A stretch of DNA of 64,000 nt from an uncultured Alphaproteobacteria bacterium (GTDB taxonomy: Bacteria; Pseudomonadota; Alphaproteobacteria; ATCC43930; CGMCC-115725): assembly GCA_963712825.1 (NCBI GenBank), contig CAVQJP010000022.1, positions 927 through 64,926 of the forward strand. The letters run 5' to 3'. This document shows, piece by piece, positions 45,521-54,913 of the stretch. Position 1 is the first letter of the stretch, and each line of letters begins with the position of its first letter. The notes beneath the pieces were generated by a model, which was given only the letters and a program-made list of their open reading frames with translations, was not told where the DNA came from and did not search any database. A program made the translations under genes and the position numbers.

Positions 45521-45904
45521 TCAGTTGGGCTTTGGCCCGATGCCCGAGCTGTAAGGATGAAGGGAAGGGTTATTGTCGGTCGCGGTCGCCTGATAACGGG
45601 CACTCTTGCCCGACGACTGCGTGCCCGGGCTCGGTCCGATCGAGGTCGAATACGGGTGATCGGCTTTCTCGGTCGCGTAGTCAGCCGACGGCTGATAGTG
45701 TTCGTCCCGGAAAAATTGGGAACCGCCGGGCTTCGGGTAAAAGCTTTGGGTCGAGCCGTAAGGCGCGGTAACCGCGCTTTGCATTGCAGCGGGGGCGGCG
45801 CCGCCATTCGGGGGCAGCGAGGCGACAGACTGAGCCTGCGCGGCCGTGGTCGCGCCGACCGCCAGCGCAAAACCAAAGAGGGTGGATTTGACGATACTCG
45901 CCAT
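45521..45904 (-). CDS. small secreted Pro/Gly/Ser-rich protein (paralog B)
   Basis: Internal Met with a GGAGA RBS. Signal peptide 'MASIVKSTLFGFALAVGATTAAQA', then 'QSVASLPP...HPYSTSIGPSPG...HPYSSGIGPKPN'. Confidence 0.6.
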   Translation of the reverse strand: MASIVKSTLFGFALAVGATTAAQAQSVASLPPNGGAAPAAMQSAVTAPYGSTQSFYPKPGGSQFFRDEHYQPSADYATEKADHPYSTSIGPSPGTQSSGKSARYQATATDNNPSLHPYSSGIGPKPN

Positions 45905-45994
45905 GTCAGCATCTCCAATGAGGCTGTAAAACAATCGGCCCGCAATTTCGCCATGTTGCGCTTTTTGCGCAAATGATAATGCTGCATCGCACAC

Positions 45995-46966
45995 ATGAAT
46001 AATATTCATTTCGGAGCGCTCGACCTCAACCTGCTGCGGGTATTCGACGCCCTGATCGAGGAGCACAGCGTCACCCGCGCCGGCGAGCGGCTGGGTTTGA
46101 CGCAGTCGGCGATCAGCCACGCATTAAGCCGGCTGCGCTACGTTCTCGACGACGAGCTCTTCGTGCGCGGTCCGGAAGGGATGCGGCCGACCCGGCGGGC
46201 CGCCGAGATAGCACCCCGGCTGCGTCAGGGGCTGCTGCAGCTTCAGCTGGCGCTGACCCCCGCCGATTTTGTCGCCGAGCAGACCACGCGGCGGTTCACC
46301 ATCATCTGCGGCGAGTATGTCGGCGCAGTCTATGTGCCTGCTCTGGTTGCCCGGCTGCGCGATGCCGCACCCCTTGCCGAGGTCAGGATACGGCCGAGCA
46401 ACATGGGCGTCGCCGAAGCGCTGCTCGCCGGGCGGGCCGACTTGGCGATCGGCAGCTTTCGGCGGGTTCCGGAGTGGTTCGCCTGCGAGCCGCTGTTCGA
46501 GGAAACGCGGGTCTGGGTGGTCAGCGACCGGCATCCTGCGGCCTGGCAGGAACTGACCCTGGAGCGGCTCGCCGCACTGCCGCATCTGATCATATCCGCG
46601 ACCGGGGAGGACGAGCAGGCGGTGGCGGGCTACGTCGTCGACCACGGTCTGGAACGGCTGGTCATGCGCAGCGAGGTCGGACTGCTGCAAGGCGCCTTGG
46701 CGGCGCGCGGCTTGAGCCGCGCGGTCGGCCTCACCACTCCGCATTTTCTGGCGGCGCTGGCGGTGGTGAGCCGCTCCGACATGGCCTGCCCGCTGCCGCG
46801 CCGGCTGGCGACCGCCTTTGCCGGCGCCTACCGGCTCAAGCTGTTTGAGCCGCCCTATACCTCGCCGCCCTTCGAGATCATGGCGCTGTCGCATCGCGAG
46901 CACGGCAGCGAGCCCGCGATCATGTGGCTGCGCGACATCGTCTGCCGCGTCGCCGCCGAGCTGTGA
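45995..46966 (+). CDS. LysR-family transcriptional regulator
   Basis: 'LDLNLLRVFDALIEEHSVTRAGERLGLTQSAISHALSRLR' is the LysR HTH. Full-length 323 aa, divergent from paralog B. Confidence 0.85.
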   Translation: MNNIHFGALDLNLLRVFDALIEEHSVTRAGERLGLTQSAISHALSRLRYVLDDELFVRGPEGMRPTRRAAEIAPRLRQGLLQLQLALTPADFVAEQTTRRFTIICGEYVGAVYVPALVARLRDAAPLAEVRIRPSNMGVAEALLAGRADLAIGSFRRVPEWFACEPLFEETRVWVVSDRHPAAWQELTLERLAALPHLIISATGEDEQAVAGYVVDHGLERLVMRSEVGLLQGALAARGLSRAVGLTTPHFLAALAVVSRSDMACPLPRRLATAFAGAYRLKLFEPPYTSPPFEIMALSHREHGSEPAIMWLRDIVCRVAAEL

Positions 46967-47052
46967 CCCAATGCCGGTCTTTTGCAGGCGGCGCGCCCCC
47001 TTCCCCAAGACAACGGGCCCAGCCGGCGTTCCGACTGAGCCCTCGCATCGAT

Positions 47053-47105
47053 TGGTGGAGCCAACCGGGATCGAACCGGTGACCTCTACAATGCCATTGT
47101 AGCGG
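47053..47105 (-). tRNA. 3' fragment of tRNA-Ala(GGC); the 5' acceptor strand and D-arm are absent
   Basis: The minus strand reads CTACA-ATGGCAT-TGTAG-AGGTC-ACCGG-TTCGATC-CCGGT-TGGCTCC-A-CCA. That is an anticodon arm with GGC, a T-arm and an Ala-type GGCTCCACCA end. AT-rich unrelated DNA replaces the expected 5' ~24 nt. Confidence 0.6.
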
Positions 47106-47255
47106 AAAGATAACAAAATCAATGACTAAGAGGCTCGCCAGCTGACATTGCCGGTCACCAGAAACCAAGGACTTAGCAGCAAATGCGTGCTAGCTGCGTG
47201 TTAGCGACCGCAACGCGACCAAGCAAGGCGAACTTCTCCGGCCGTCTGCCTGTGA

Positions 47256-48649
47256 TCATGTCGGCAATTCGAGCCGGGCGCTGAGGCCACCGCCCTTGCG
47301 GGCGGCGAGGACGATGTCACCGCCCTGCTCACGGGCGATCGAGCGGGCGACGGCAAGGCCGAGACCGACGCCGCCGGTGCCGGGGTTGCGCGAACCCTCA
47401 ATGCGGTAGAACGGTTCGAACACCTTCTCGCATTCGCTCTGCGCAATGCCGGGCCCGCTATCGTTGACCGCGACAACGATCCGCCCGGCTTCGGCGGTCA
47501 GGGTCACCTCGGCGGCGCCGGCATACTTGACCGCATTTTCGACCAGATTAGAAATGGCGCGCCGCAACGCCACCGGCCTACCCGAGACGGTGACGCCGCG
47601 GTCGCCGGCATACGTTACCGCCCCATCGGCGTCGGCAGCATCCTCGCAGATGCCTTGCACCAAGGCATCGAGATCGACGAGGACGCACGGCTCACGCTTC
47701 GTATCGTCGCGCGCGAAGGAGAGGATCGAGCCGATCATCGTGCCCATCGCATCGAGTTCGTGGATCATCTTCTGCCGCTGTTCCGGGCTTTCGCCGAGCT
47801 CGAGGCGCAGCTTCACGCGAGTGAGCGAGGTGCGCAGATCGTGCGACATTGCGGCCAGCATCTGCACGCGATCGTCATTGAAGCGGCGCAACCGCTCCTG
47901 CATGTGATTGAAGGCGTGGGTCGTGATCCGCAACTCACGCAGCCCCTTCGGCGTCAGCAGAGGTACCTCGCCACTGGCGCTGAGATGCTCCGCCGCGATC
48001 GCCAGCTCCGAGAGCGGAGTTGCCAGCCGCTGCGCTGTCAACACCGAGAGGAGCAGGAGGAGAACGGCAGCAAGAGTGAGCCACGCCGCGAAGCCGGCGC
48101 CGGTATATTTGGTCGCACTGAATCGGCCGGCGGGGTCGGGACATTTGTCGTGAACAGCAGCCAGTGACCGTTCTTGAGCGAGACCTCGACGCGCATCCCG
48201 GTCTCTCCTAACCCCATCACCCCATCGAGTTGACCTGTATTCTGTTGGTTTCTTGGGGCGGCGACGACGGAGCGAGGGGCTGCAAAGAACAGCCCGATCT
48301 GCTGACGCAGCACCGATGTCATGCGGTCGGTGGAATTCACAAGGTCCGAAAGCGGCCCATCGAGAACGTCAATGTGAATCTGCGGGCGCGCGGCGGCAGC
48401 AATGACCGCCGGCTGCTCTGTGTCGGGTATCGTGTCGAGCGCATCGACCAGTGTGGCGACCTTGGCGGGAAGGAGGCCCATGTAGAATCGAGCCTCGTCA
48501 TAGAGCGGGTCCTTCCCCTGAGGGAGACCGATCAGCTCCAGCCCGGCATTCATCAACTGCTGTAAAGTCAAGCCGAGCCCGATCGCGATAATGATCGTCA
48601 GCCCGATCGTCATCGCGATATTGTCAAGGCGACAGCGCTTCAGCTTCAT
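47256..48649 (-). CDS. sensor histidine kinase (EnvZ-like), one frameshift near 48100-48140
   Basis: The N-terminal TM/periplasmic part is in ORF 48038-48649. The H-box 'AAMSHDLRTSLTRV', N-box 'NLVENAVKY' and G-boxes 'DSGPGI' and 'GGVGLGLAV' are in ORF 47256-48044. ATGA overlaps the regulator stop. Confidence 0.8.
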
Positions 48650-49371
48650 TTGACGGTCCCGTCGAGCGTCACCGGAGCGGCAAAGAGGTAGCCGCCGCCG
48701 CGCACCGTTTTAATCATCCCCGGGTCCTTCGGATCAGCCTCGATCCTGCGGCGCAATCGGCTGATGTGAACATCGATGCTGCGATCGAACGCTGTCGTGG
48801 TCCGTCCGCGGGCGAGATCGAGCAGCTGATCGCGGGTCAGCACCCGCTGCGGCCGTTCGACGAGAGCAAGGAGGATATCGAACTCGGCGGCCCGCAGATC
48901 GACCAGGGCGCCCGCGGGCGAGTATAGCTGGCGGCGCGCCGTGTCGAGGCGCCAGCCTGCGAACTCGAAGACCCGGGCGGCGCCGTCGCCGGGCCAGGGT
49001 ATGGCGGTGCGACGCAGGACCGCGCGGATCCGGGCGAGCAGCTCGCGGGGACCGAACGGTTTTGCGACGTAGTCGTCGGCCCCCATTTCGAGCCCGACGA
49101 TGCGGTCGGTTTCGTCGCCGATTGCGGTCAGCATCACGATCGGAAGTCTTCCGCGGGCGCGCAGCTCGCGGCATAGGACGAGGCCGTCCTTGCCCGGCAG
49201 CATGATGTCGAGGACGACGAGATCGATGTGCGCGTCGGCCAAGGTCTGCATCATCTCGCCGCCGCTGCCCACGGCCGAAACGCGATAGCCATATTGGGCA
49301 AGAAACTTGGACAGCAGTGAACAGATCTCCGCATCGTCGTCGACGATCAGCAGGTGCGGCGGCGTATTCAT
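48646..49371 (-). CDS. OmpR-family response regulator
   Basis: Internal Met 'MNTPPHLLIVDDDAEICSLL...DLVVLDIMLPGKDG...' gives the receiver domain. The C-terminal winged helix has 'LTRDQLLDLARG...DVHISRLRRRIE...IKTVRGGGY'. Confidence 0.9.
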   Translation of the reverse strand: MNTPPHLLIVDDDAEICSLLSKFLAQYGYRVSAVGSGGEMMQTLADAHIDLVVLDIMLPGKDGLVLCRELRARGRLPIVMLTAIGDETDRIVGLEMGADDYVAKPFGPRELLARIRAVLRRTAIPWPGDGAARVFEFAGWRLDTARRQLYSPAGALVDLRAAEFDILLALVERPQRVLTRDQLLDLARGRTTTAFDRSIDVHISRLRRRIEADPKDPGMIKTVRGGGYLFAAPVTLDGTVK

Positions 49372-49618
49372 GGCGCAGGAATAACGCGCTCGGCGGCATG
49401 GCCAAACAAGAGATATGTAAACTAATGTTAAATTGCTGCGATTTGCAAAACTGAGAAATAAAAGGGTGACAGTCTGGCTTAACTGCGACAAGCGGATGAC
49501 ATCGTCCTGAAGACTTCCAGCAGGAGAATGTGCGCGATCATTGTTGAGAACCCGCTGTCACCCCACTCGCAAAAAAGAGCGAGCGAGGTGCTGGTGGCCG
49601 GTTGAGCCGATTACTGTC

Positions 49619-50509
49619 ATGAAGTTGCGTGATCTGGAATACCTGGTGGCTTCCGCGACTGCGGGAAACTTCAGCCGTGCCGCGAGGGCGCTCGGGATCA
49701 ACACTTCGACGATCAGCCGCTGCGTCGGACGGTTCGAGGATGAATTGGGTTTGGCGGTGTTCGAGCGGGGGCATAGCGGCATCCGACTGACAGCTGGCGG
49801 CAAGGCGGTGCTGCTTCATGCTCGGCGCGCGGTGGCGGAGCTTGAGGCGCTCAAATTAGCCGGGAAGCAGAATGGAATCGGAACCGTCGGCGAGGTCCGC
49901 CTCGGTGTCCGAATACCGCCGATTGGCGAGCCGACGCGCGAGCTGTTGACCGGGTGGCGGCAGAATTGTGCCAAGGTCGTGCTGAACGTCTCCGAAATGA
50001 ACGAGCGAGATCTGGCGATCGCTCTCGGCGAGCGCCGCCTCGACGTCGTATTCGCCCCCAGCCACACGCTGCCGACCCGTGTGGCGAGGATGCCGGTCTA
50101 CCGCGAGCGGCTGATCGCGGCGCTGCCGACAGACCATGCACTTATCGGGCATCAGAAAATGTTGGCTTGGCCAGCTTTGAGCGGCGAGACGATCCTGGTT
50201 CAAGGGTGGGAGGAGAGCCAGGCCGAGCGCGAGTTCCTGGAACCGCTACTGGGCGACGAAGCGGTTTTTCGCAGCCATGCGGCGAGCCGGCAATCGATCC
50301 TGGTGCTGGTCGCCGCCGGTTTTGGTATCGCGATCGTCACTGAGAGCCAGGCAGCTGCCGGGTTTCTCGGCGTCGCTTTTCGGCCGCTCGACGAGGCGGA
50401 TGCGTTCTTGCAGGTGGATCTTGCCTGGTTGCCGGAGGCCGAGGAGCCGGCGGTCGGGCGGTTCGTCGCCTTCATCCGCGATGAGGCCGGATTACGCCGG
50501 CTTCTGTGA
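49619..50509 (+). CDS. LysR-family transcriptional regulator (ICE-associated type)
   Basis: 'MKLRDLEYLVASATAGNFSRAARALGINTSTISRCVGRFEDELGLAVFER'. 296 aa. About 60% identical over the N-terminal half to the truncated copy at 59566-60048. Confidence 0.85.
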   Translation: MKLRDLEYLVASATAGNFSRAARALGINTSTISRCVGRFEDELGLAVFERGHSGIRLTAGGKAVLLHARRAVAELEALKLAGKQNGIGTVGEVRLGVRIPPIGEPTRELLTGWRQNCAKVVLNVSEMNERDLAIALGERRLDVVFAPSHTLPTRVARMPVYRERLIAALPTDHALIGHQKMLAWPALSGETILVQGWEESQAEREFLEPLLGDEAVFRSHAASRQSILVLVAAGFGIAIVTESQAAAGFLGVAFRPLDEADAFLQVDLAWLPEAEEPAVGRFVAFIRDEAGLRRLL

Positions 50510-50745
50510 GTCAGATGCCTCCGGCGCGGATTCGGTCCGCCGCAATTTGGCGAAAGCGCGGTCGGTCGCCATGAACCGCACGAGCATCGGGGCGACCAGA
50601 TTCGCCGCTTCGACGTGCCGTGGCCGGTCTCGCGGCCGAGCGCCTCGGCGTAGGCGACAAGGTCGCGGTGGATCGCGGCCGGTAGCTCGATTGTCAGCCG
50701 CAGCGGCTTGTCGTCGTGGATTTTGCCGAGCATCAGCTTCGCCAC
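50492..50745 (-). pseudogene. DUF2274-family protein (follows trbI in conjugative elements), frameshifted
   Basis: 'MAKLMLGKIHDDKPLRLTIELPAAIHRDLVAYAEALGRETG' is followed in another frame by 'VEAANLVAPMLVRFMATDRAFAKLRR'. Confidence 0.6.
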
Positions 50746-50754
50746 GATCGGAGC

Positions 50755-51874
50755 TCAACGGGTATAGGGTTCGAGAACGAGGTCGCGGGTAACGAGCACG
50801 CGCACCGGAAAGCCGGGGCGGATCGTTAGGGTCGGTTGGATGTCGAGGGAGCGTCCGACCACCTGCTCGCCGACCTGGTTGAAGCTTGCGAGGCGCCCTG
50901 GCGGATCGCCTGCACGAGCGCATTTTCGTTGTTAGTGCCGGCTTCGGAGCCAATGCTCAACAAGGTCGAGAGGATCGCGGCCTTGAACAGCATGCCCCAA
51001 TGGTTATCGACCTCGTCCTCGAGGCCGGCATAGCCGGCGGCATCGGCGGCCGGCTGGCGGTCCAGCACGATCGAGCGGCCGTTCGGCATGATGAGCCGCG
51101 TCCAGACCAGCAATACGCGCGACTGGCCGAAGGAGACCTGGGCGCCGTATTGGCCGACGAGGCGCACCCCTTGCGGGATCAGCAGGATCTTGCCGGTCGG
51201 GCTGTCATGGACGTCCTCGGTCACCTGGGCCGTGACCTCGCCCGGCAGGTCGGAGCGGATGCCGGTGATCAGGCCGCCGGGATTACCGAGCCCGCCTGTA
51301 AGACATAGCGGCTTGCGGACGGCACGACGCGGTCGGGGCTGACTGTGCGCCGGTCGACGCGACCATCGAGGAAGGCGAGCTTACGGTCATGCGATGTCGG
51401 GCTTACTGCGGGCGCCGCCGCAGGTGTCGATGCCGAGGCAGCCGGCACGGCGGCGCCCGCGACCTGCTGGAAATTGGTCGTGACAAAGAGGCGGCTCTTG
51501 AGCGCAGCTTCCTCTTCCTGCTGTCCGGCATTCGGCGCCATGACCGGCGCCGGCGCGCCGGCACTGGCGATCGGCGGTCCGAGATCGCCGGGCAGCGGCG
51601 GATCGAGCCGAGGCACGTTGCGCGGCAGCCCGGTGTAGTCGCGCGGCAGGCTGGCGAGACCCTCGGGCGTCGAACGGTTGCTCGTGCTGTAAAGCTCGCT
51701 GCCGGTCATCTGGCGATGCGGTTCGAGGGCGACGAAGAGGGCTGTGGCGATGATGGCCGCGGCGACGATGCCGAGCCCGAGCAGCACCTTACGGGAGACC
51801 CGCGTGACCGGTGGCCGGCGCTACCGCAGGCGCATCTCAGCGCGGAGATGGCCGTTGTCGCCGGGCTCGCTCAC
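50755..51874 (-). pseudogene. trbI: conjugal transfer protein TrbI/VirB10: in-frame TAG plus two frameshifts
   Basis: GTG 51874 overlaps the trbG stop. The sequence reads 'VSEPGDNGHLRAEMRLR' then TAG (51821-51823) then 'RRPPVTRVSRKVLLGLGIVAAAII...'. The core 'GKILLIPQGVRLVGQYG...GYAGLEDEVDNHWG' is in a second frame. The tail 'LDIQPTLTIRPGFPVRVLVTRDLVLEPY' is in a third. Confidence 0.75.
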
Positions 51875-52077
51875 GTCCGGCCGTCGGTGTGAACGATGCG
51901 GACGATCTGCTGCTCCGCGCCGCCGAGGCGCAATTCGGCGGCTGCGAACAGGCGGTCGACGATCATGTGGTTGCCGACCACCCGGTAGTTGACGAGTTCG
52001 GCGCCGCCGGCGGCGCCGATCACCCAAAGCGGCGGCATTTCACCCTCGGCGATGCCGCGTGGGAATTCGATGAACAC
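51871..52077 (-). pseudogene. trbG: C-terminal fragment of TrbG/VirB9
   Basis: '[65 protein letters not shown]' matches the TrbG C-terminus. The upstream part is replaced by IS DNA. Confidence 0.6.
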
Positions 52078-52097
52078 CTGGCGTCCGTCGTCAAAGT

Positions 52098-52445
52098 GTC
52101 AATCGGCGAGCGGCGGCCGCTGTTGTTCTGCGCCACATGCGGCCGCACGTTCAGGCCGCGCAACTCCTCTACGAAATCGGCGGCGTCATAGCCCCAGCCA
52201 AGCTAATCGCGCGCGGCCGGTCGGCCCAAGGCTCGATCATGGTCAGCGCGGCCAGCCGTTCAGCATGGCCCGAGACCCGCGTCAACCGGGTATCGACAAT
52301 CAGCCCCGAGCGGTTCTCCATCAGCCCATGGCCGATGAAACACAGCCGCGCCTCCATGCCCGGACCTTTGCGGTAGAGCCGCGCATCGGGATCGGTGGTG
52401 CTGCGATGGCTCGCGTTCGAGCGCTTCTCGCCGCGGAAATCGGCC
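52098..52445 (-). mobile_element. IS5/IS1182-superfamily transposase fragment (frameshifted)
   Basis: '[49 protein letters not shown]' is followed in another frame by '[23 protein letters not shown]'. It is truncated at both ends. Confidence 0.6.
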
Positions 52446-52492
52446 GGCGCGTTGCGCCCGCCGCCGCGCCGCCTGGTGTTCATCGACGAGAC

Positions 52493-52515
52493 CCCGGCCT
52501 GCGCCGGGGCAGGCT
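52493..52515. repeat. 23-nt palindromic insertion, copy 1
   Basis: 'cccggcctgcgccggggcaggct' sits between AC and CT of the IS630 codons for 'DET|WAK'. It is identical to copy 2, and 27 nt are identical when the flanks are included. Confidence 0.8.
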
Positions 52516-52611
52516 CTGGGCCAAGACCAACATGACCCGCCGCCATGGCCGCTGCCGCCGCGGCGCCCGCCTGGTCGCCAAGGTGCCGCACGGCCGCTGG
52601 CGCACGCTTAC

Positions 52612-52634
52612 CCCGGCCTGCGCCGGGGCAGGCT
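52612..52634. repeat. 23-nt palindromic insertion, copy 2
   Basis: The same 23-mer sits between AC and CT of the codons for 'TLT|FLA', 119 bp from copy 1. Confidence 0.8.
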
Positions 52635-53057
52635 CTTTCTGGCGGCGTTGCGCTGCGACCGCATCACCGCGCCCTGCGTCATTGACGGGCCGATCAACGG
52701 CGCCAGCTTTCGTGCCTATGTCGAGCAGTTCCTGGTGCCGACTCTCAGCCCCGGCGACGTTGTCGTCACGGACAATCTCGGCAGTCATAAGGGCAAGGCG
52801 GTGCGCCGCCTGATCCGCGCCGCCGGCGCCAAGCTGTTCTTCCTGCCGCGCTACTCGCCCGATCTCAACCCGATCGAGCAGGTCTTCGCCAAGCTGAAGA
52901 CACTGCTCCGCAAAACCGACCCGCGCACGACCGAGGCCACCTGGCGTGGCATCGGCAGTCTCCTCGACCGCTTCACCCCAAAGGAATGCGCCAACTACCT
53001 CACCAATGCCGGCTATGCTTCATCCTAACCGGATCACGCTCTAGCATCCGCGGTCGT

Positions 53058-54443
53058 GGTGGAAAATCGGGAGTGAGCGCGCAACGGGCGCAATGCCCAA
53101 CACATGGAGCTCGGCGCGCGCGTGAGCGACGGGTGGTCATCGGGAAGGCCGGCTAAGGTGGAGGTGCAAACACTTCACCCAAAGCCCACCGAGGACCCGA
53201 TGACCGATGACAGAATGGCGCTGGTCGATCTGCTGCAGAAGAGCGGCGACGGCGATTTCCTGAGAGCTGTGGTGGAGGCGGTGCTGCAAATTCTGATGGA
53301 AGCTGATGTCGAAGGGCTGATCGGCGCCGGCCGGCACGAGCGCAGCGCCGACCGGCTCAATTACCGCAATGGTTATCGCGAGCGCAGCCTCGATACGCGC
53401 CTGGGCTCGCTCCAGCTGCGCATCCCCAAGCTGCGCCAGGGTTCGTATTTCCCGCCCTTCCTGGAGCCGCGCAAGACGGCCGAGAAGGCGCTGGTCCTGG
53501 TAATCCAGGAGGCCTGGATCGGCGGCGTGTCGAACTCGACGGGTCGACGAGCTGGTGCAGGCGATGGGCCTCCCCGGCATCTCAAAAAGCCAAGTCTCCA
53601 AGCTCTGTAAGGACATTGATGACCGGGTAAACGCCTTCCTCGATCGGCCGATCGAGGGCGAGTGGCCGTATCTCTGGCTCGACGCCACCTCTGAAGGTCC
53701 GCGACGGCGGCCGCATTGTCTCGGTCGCCGCGATAATCGCCGTGGCGGTCACCACCGAAGGTCGGCGCGAGATCGTCGGCCTCGGTCTGGGTCCGTCAGA
53801 AGCCGAACCGTTCTGGTCGGCTTTCCTCAAGGGCTTGGTCAAGCGCGGTCTCAAGGGCGTCAAGCTGGTGATCTCCGATGCTCACGACGGCTTGCGCCAC
53901 GCCATCACTCGCGTGCTCGGGGCGACATGGCAAAGATGCCGCGTTCATTGGATGCGCAACGCCTTGGCGCACGTGCCCAAAGGCCAGCACACCATGGTCG
54001 CCGCCGCGATCCGACAAGCTTTCCTGCAACCCGATCCCGAGGCCGCGCATCAGACCTGGCGTCATGTCGCCCATCAGCTGCGGGTGCGCTGGCCCAAGCT
54101 TGCCGCGCTGATGGACGAAAGCGAGCACGACGTCCTCGCCTACCTCGCCTTCCCGGCCCAGCACCGCACCAAATTGCACAGCACCAATCCGCTCGAACGC
54201 CTCAACAAGGAGGTCAAACGCCGCGCCGATGTCGTCGGCATCTTCCCCACCGAAGCCAGCATTACCCGGCTGATCGGCGCTGTCCTGCTCGAGCAGAATG
54301 ACGAGTGGCTGCTCCAATGTCGCTACATGCAGATCGAGGGGATGGCCGAACTTACGCCGCGGCTGATCGATGCCGAGCTGGACAAACTTCCACCAGTCGC
54401 CGCCTGACCAATGGCCACCTCAAGCTCCACCCCGATTTACACC
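53058..54443 (+). mobile_element. IS256-family element; transposase (53200-54407) has two frameshifts
   Basis: The terminal inverted repeats are 'GGTGGAAAATCGGGAGTGAGC' and the reverse complement of 'GCTCCACCCCGATTTACACC'. The transposase pieces are 'MTDDRMALVDLLQKSGDGDFLR...RLNYRNGYRERSLDTRLGSLQLRIPKLRQGSYFP', 'VDELVQAMGLPGISKSQVSKLCKDID' and 'VAVTTEGRREIVGL...ISDAHDGL...RCRVHWMRN...NPLERLNKEVKRR'. Confidence 0.8.
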
Positions 54444-54446
54444 AGC

Positions 54447-54913
54447 TTGACGGACATGACCAAAAACAGTGCCGAATGCACGGTGCCGGCTTCACCGAAT
54501 CCTGCGGTTTTGAGGTCCTGGGCAACGAATTTGGTCGGCGCGAGCCCGATGACCCGGTGCCCGGCGCGCTCATATGCCCCGCGGATTACCCCGAGCGTGT
54601 GGCTCTTGCCGGTCCCTGCCCTACCCTCGATCAGTTTCAGCCCGCCGGCATCGATCGCATGGTCGAACGCGGCGCGTTGGTCGGCGCGCGGCCCGCCCTC
54701 CTCCAGCACCGCGAGGGTTACCGCCAGCGGCATCGAAATACCGCGCGTTCTACCGAGCGCTGCGGCGTCGGCGAGGGCGTTCTGCTCCTGTTCGCGCACC
54801 GCCTGCGTCGTGAACCGCCCTGCCCTCTCGCCGGTCTCGCGGTCGTGAAGCGGGATCAGCTCGCGATGCTCCAGCACCTCCTTCTTGACCCCGCCGCGCT
54901 CGGTGTCGTCGGC
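54447..54913 (-). pseudogene. traA: Ti-type conjugative relaxase TraA fragment (AAA_30/helicase start)
   Basis: 'RFTTQAVREQEQNALADAA...DQRAAFDHAIDAGGLKLIEGRAGTGKSHTLGVIRGAYERAGHRVIGLAP' includes a Walker A. It reads through in frame from the IS701 transposase in ORF 54437-55999. Confidence 0.7.

Larger units (their letters stand above)
52455..53028 (+). mobile_element. IS630-family transposase C-terminal fragment, interrupted twice by a 23-nt palindrome
   Basis: 'LVFIDET', '[32 protein letters not shown]' and '[25 protein letters not shown]...DNLGSHK...YSPDLNPIEQVFAKLK' lie in three different frames. Confidence 0.65.

Noticed and set aside
47053-47128. A complete tRNA-Ala gene.
   Set aside because: The 5' 24 nt that should form the acceptor strand (GGGGCCA) and D-arm are replaced by 'tagtcattgattttgttatctttcc', which cannot pair with TGGCTCC.
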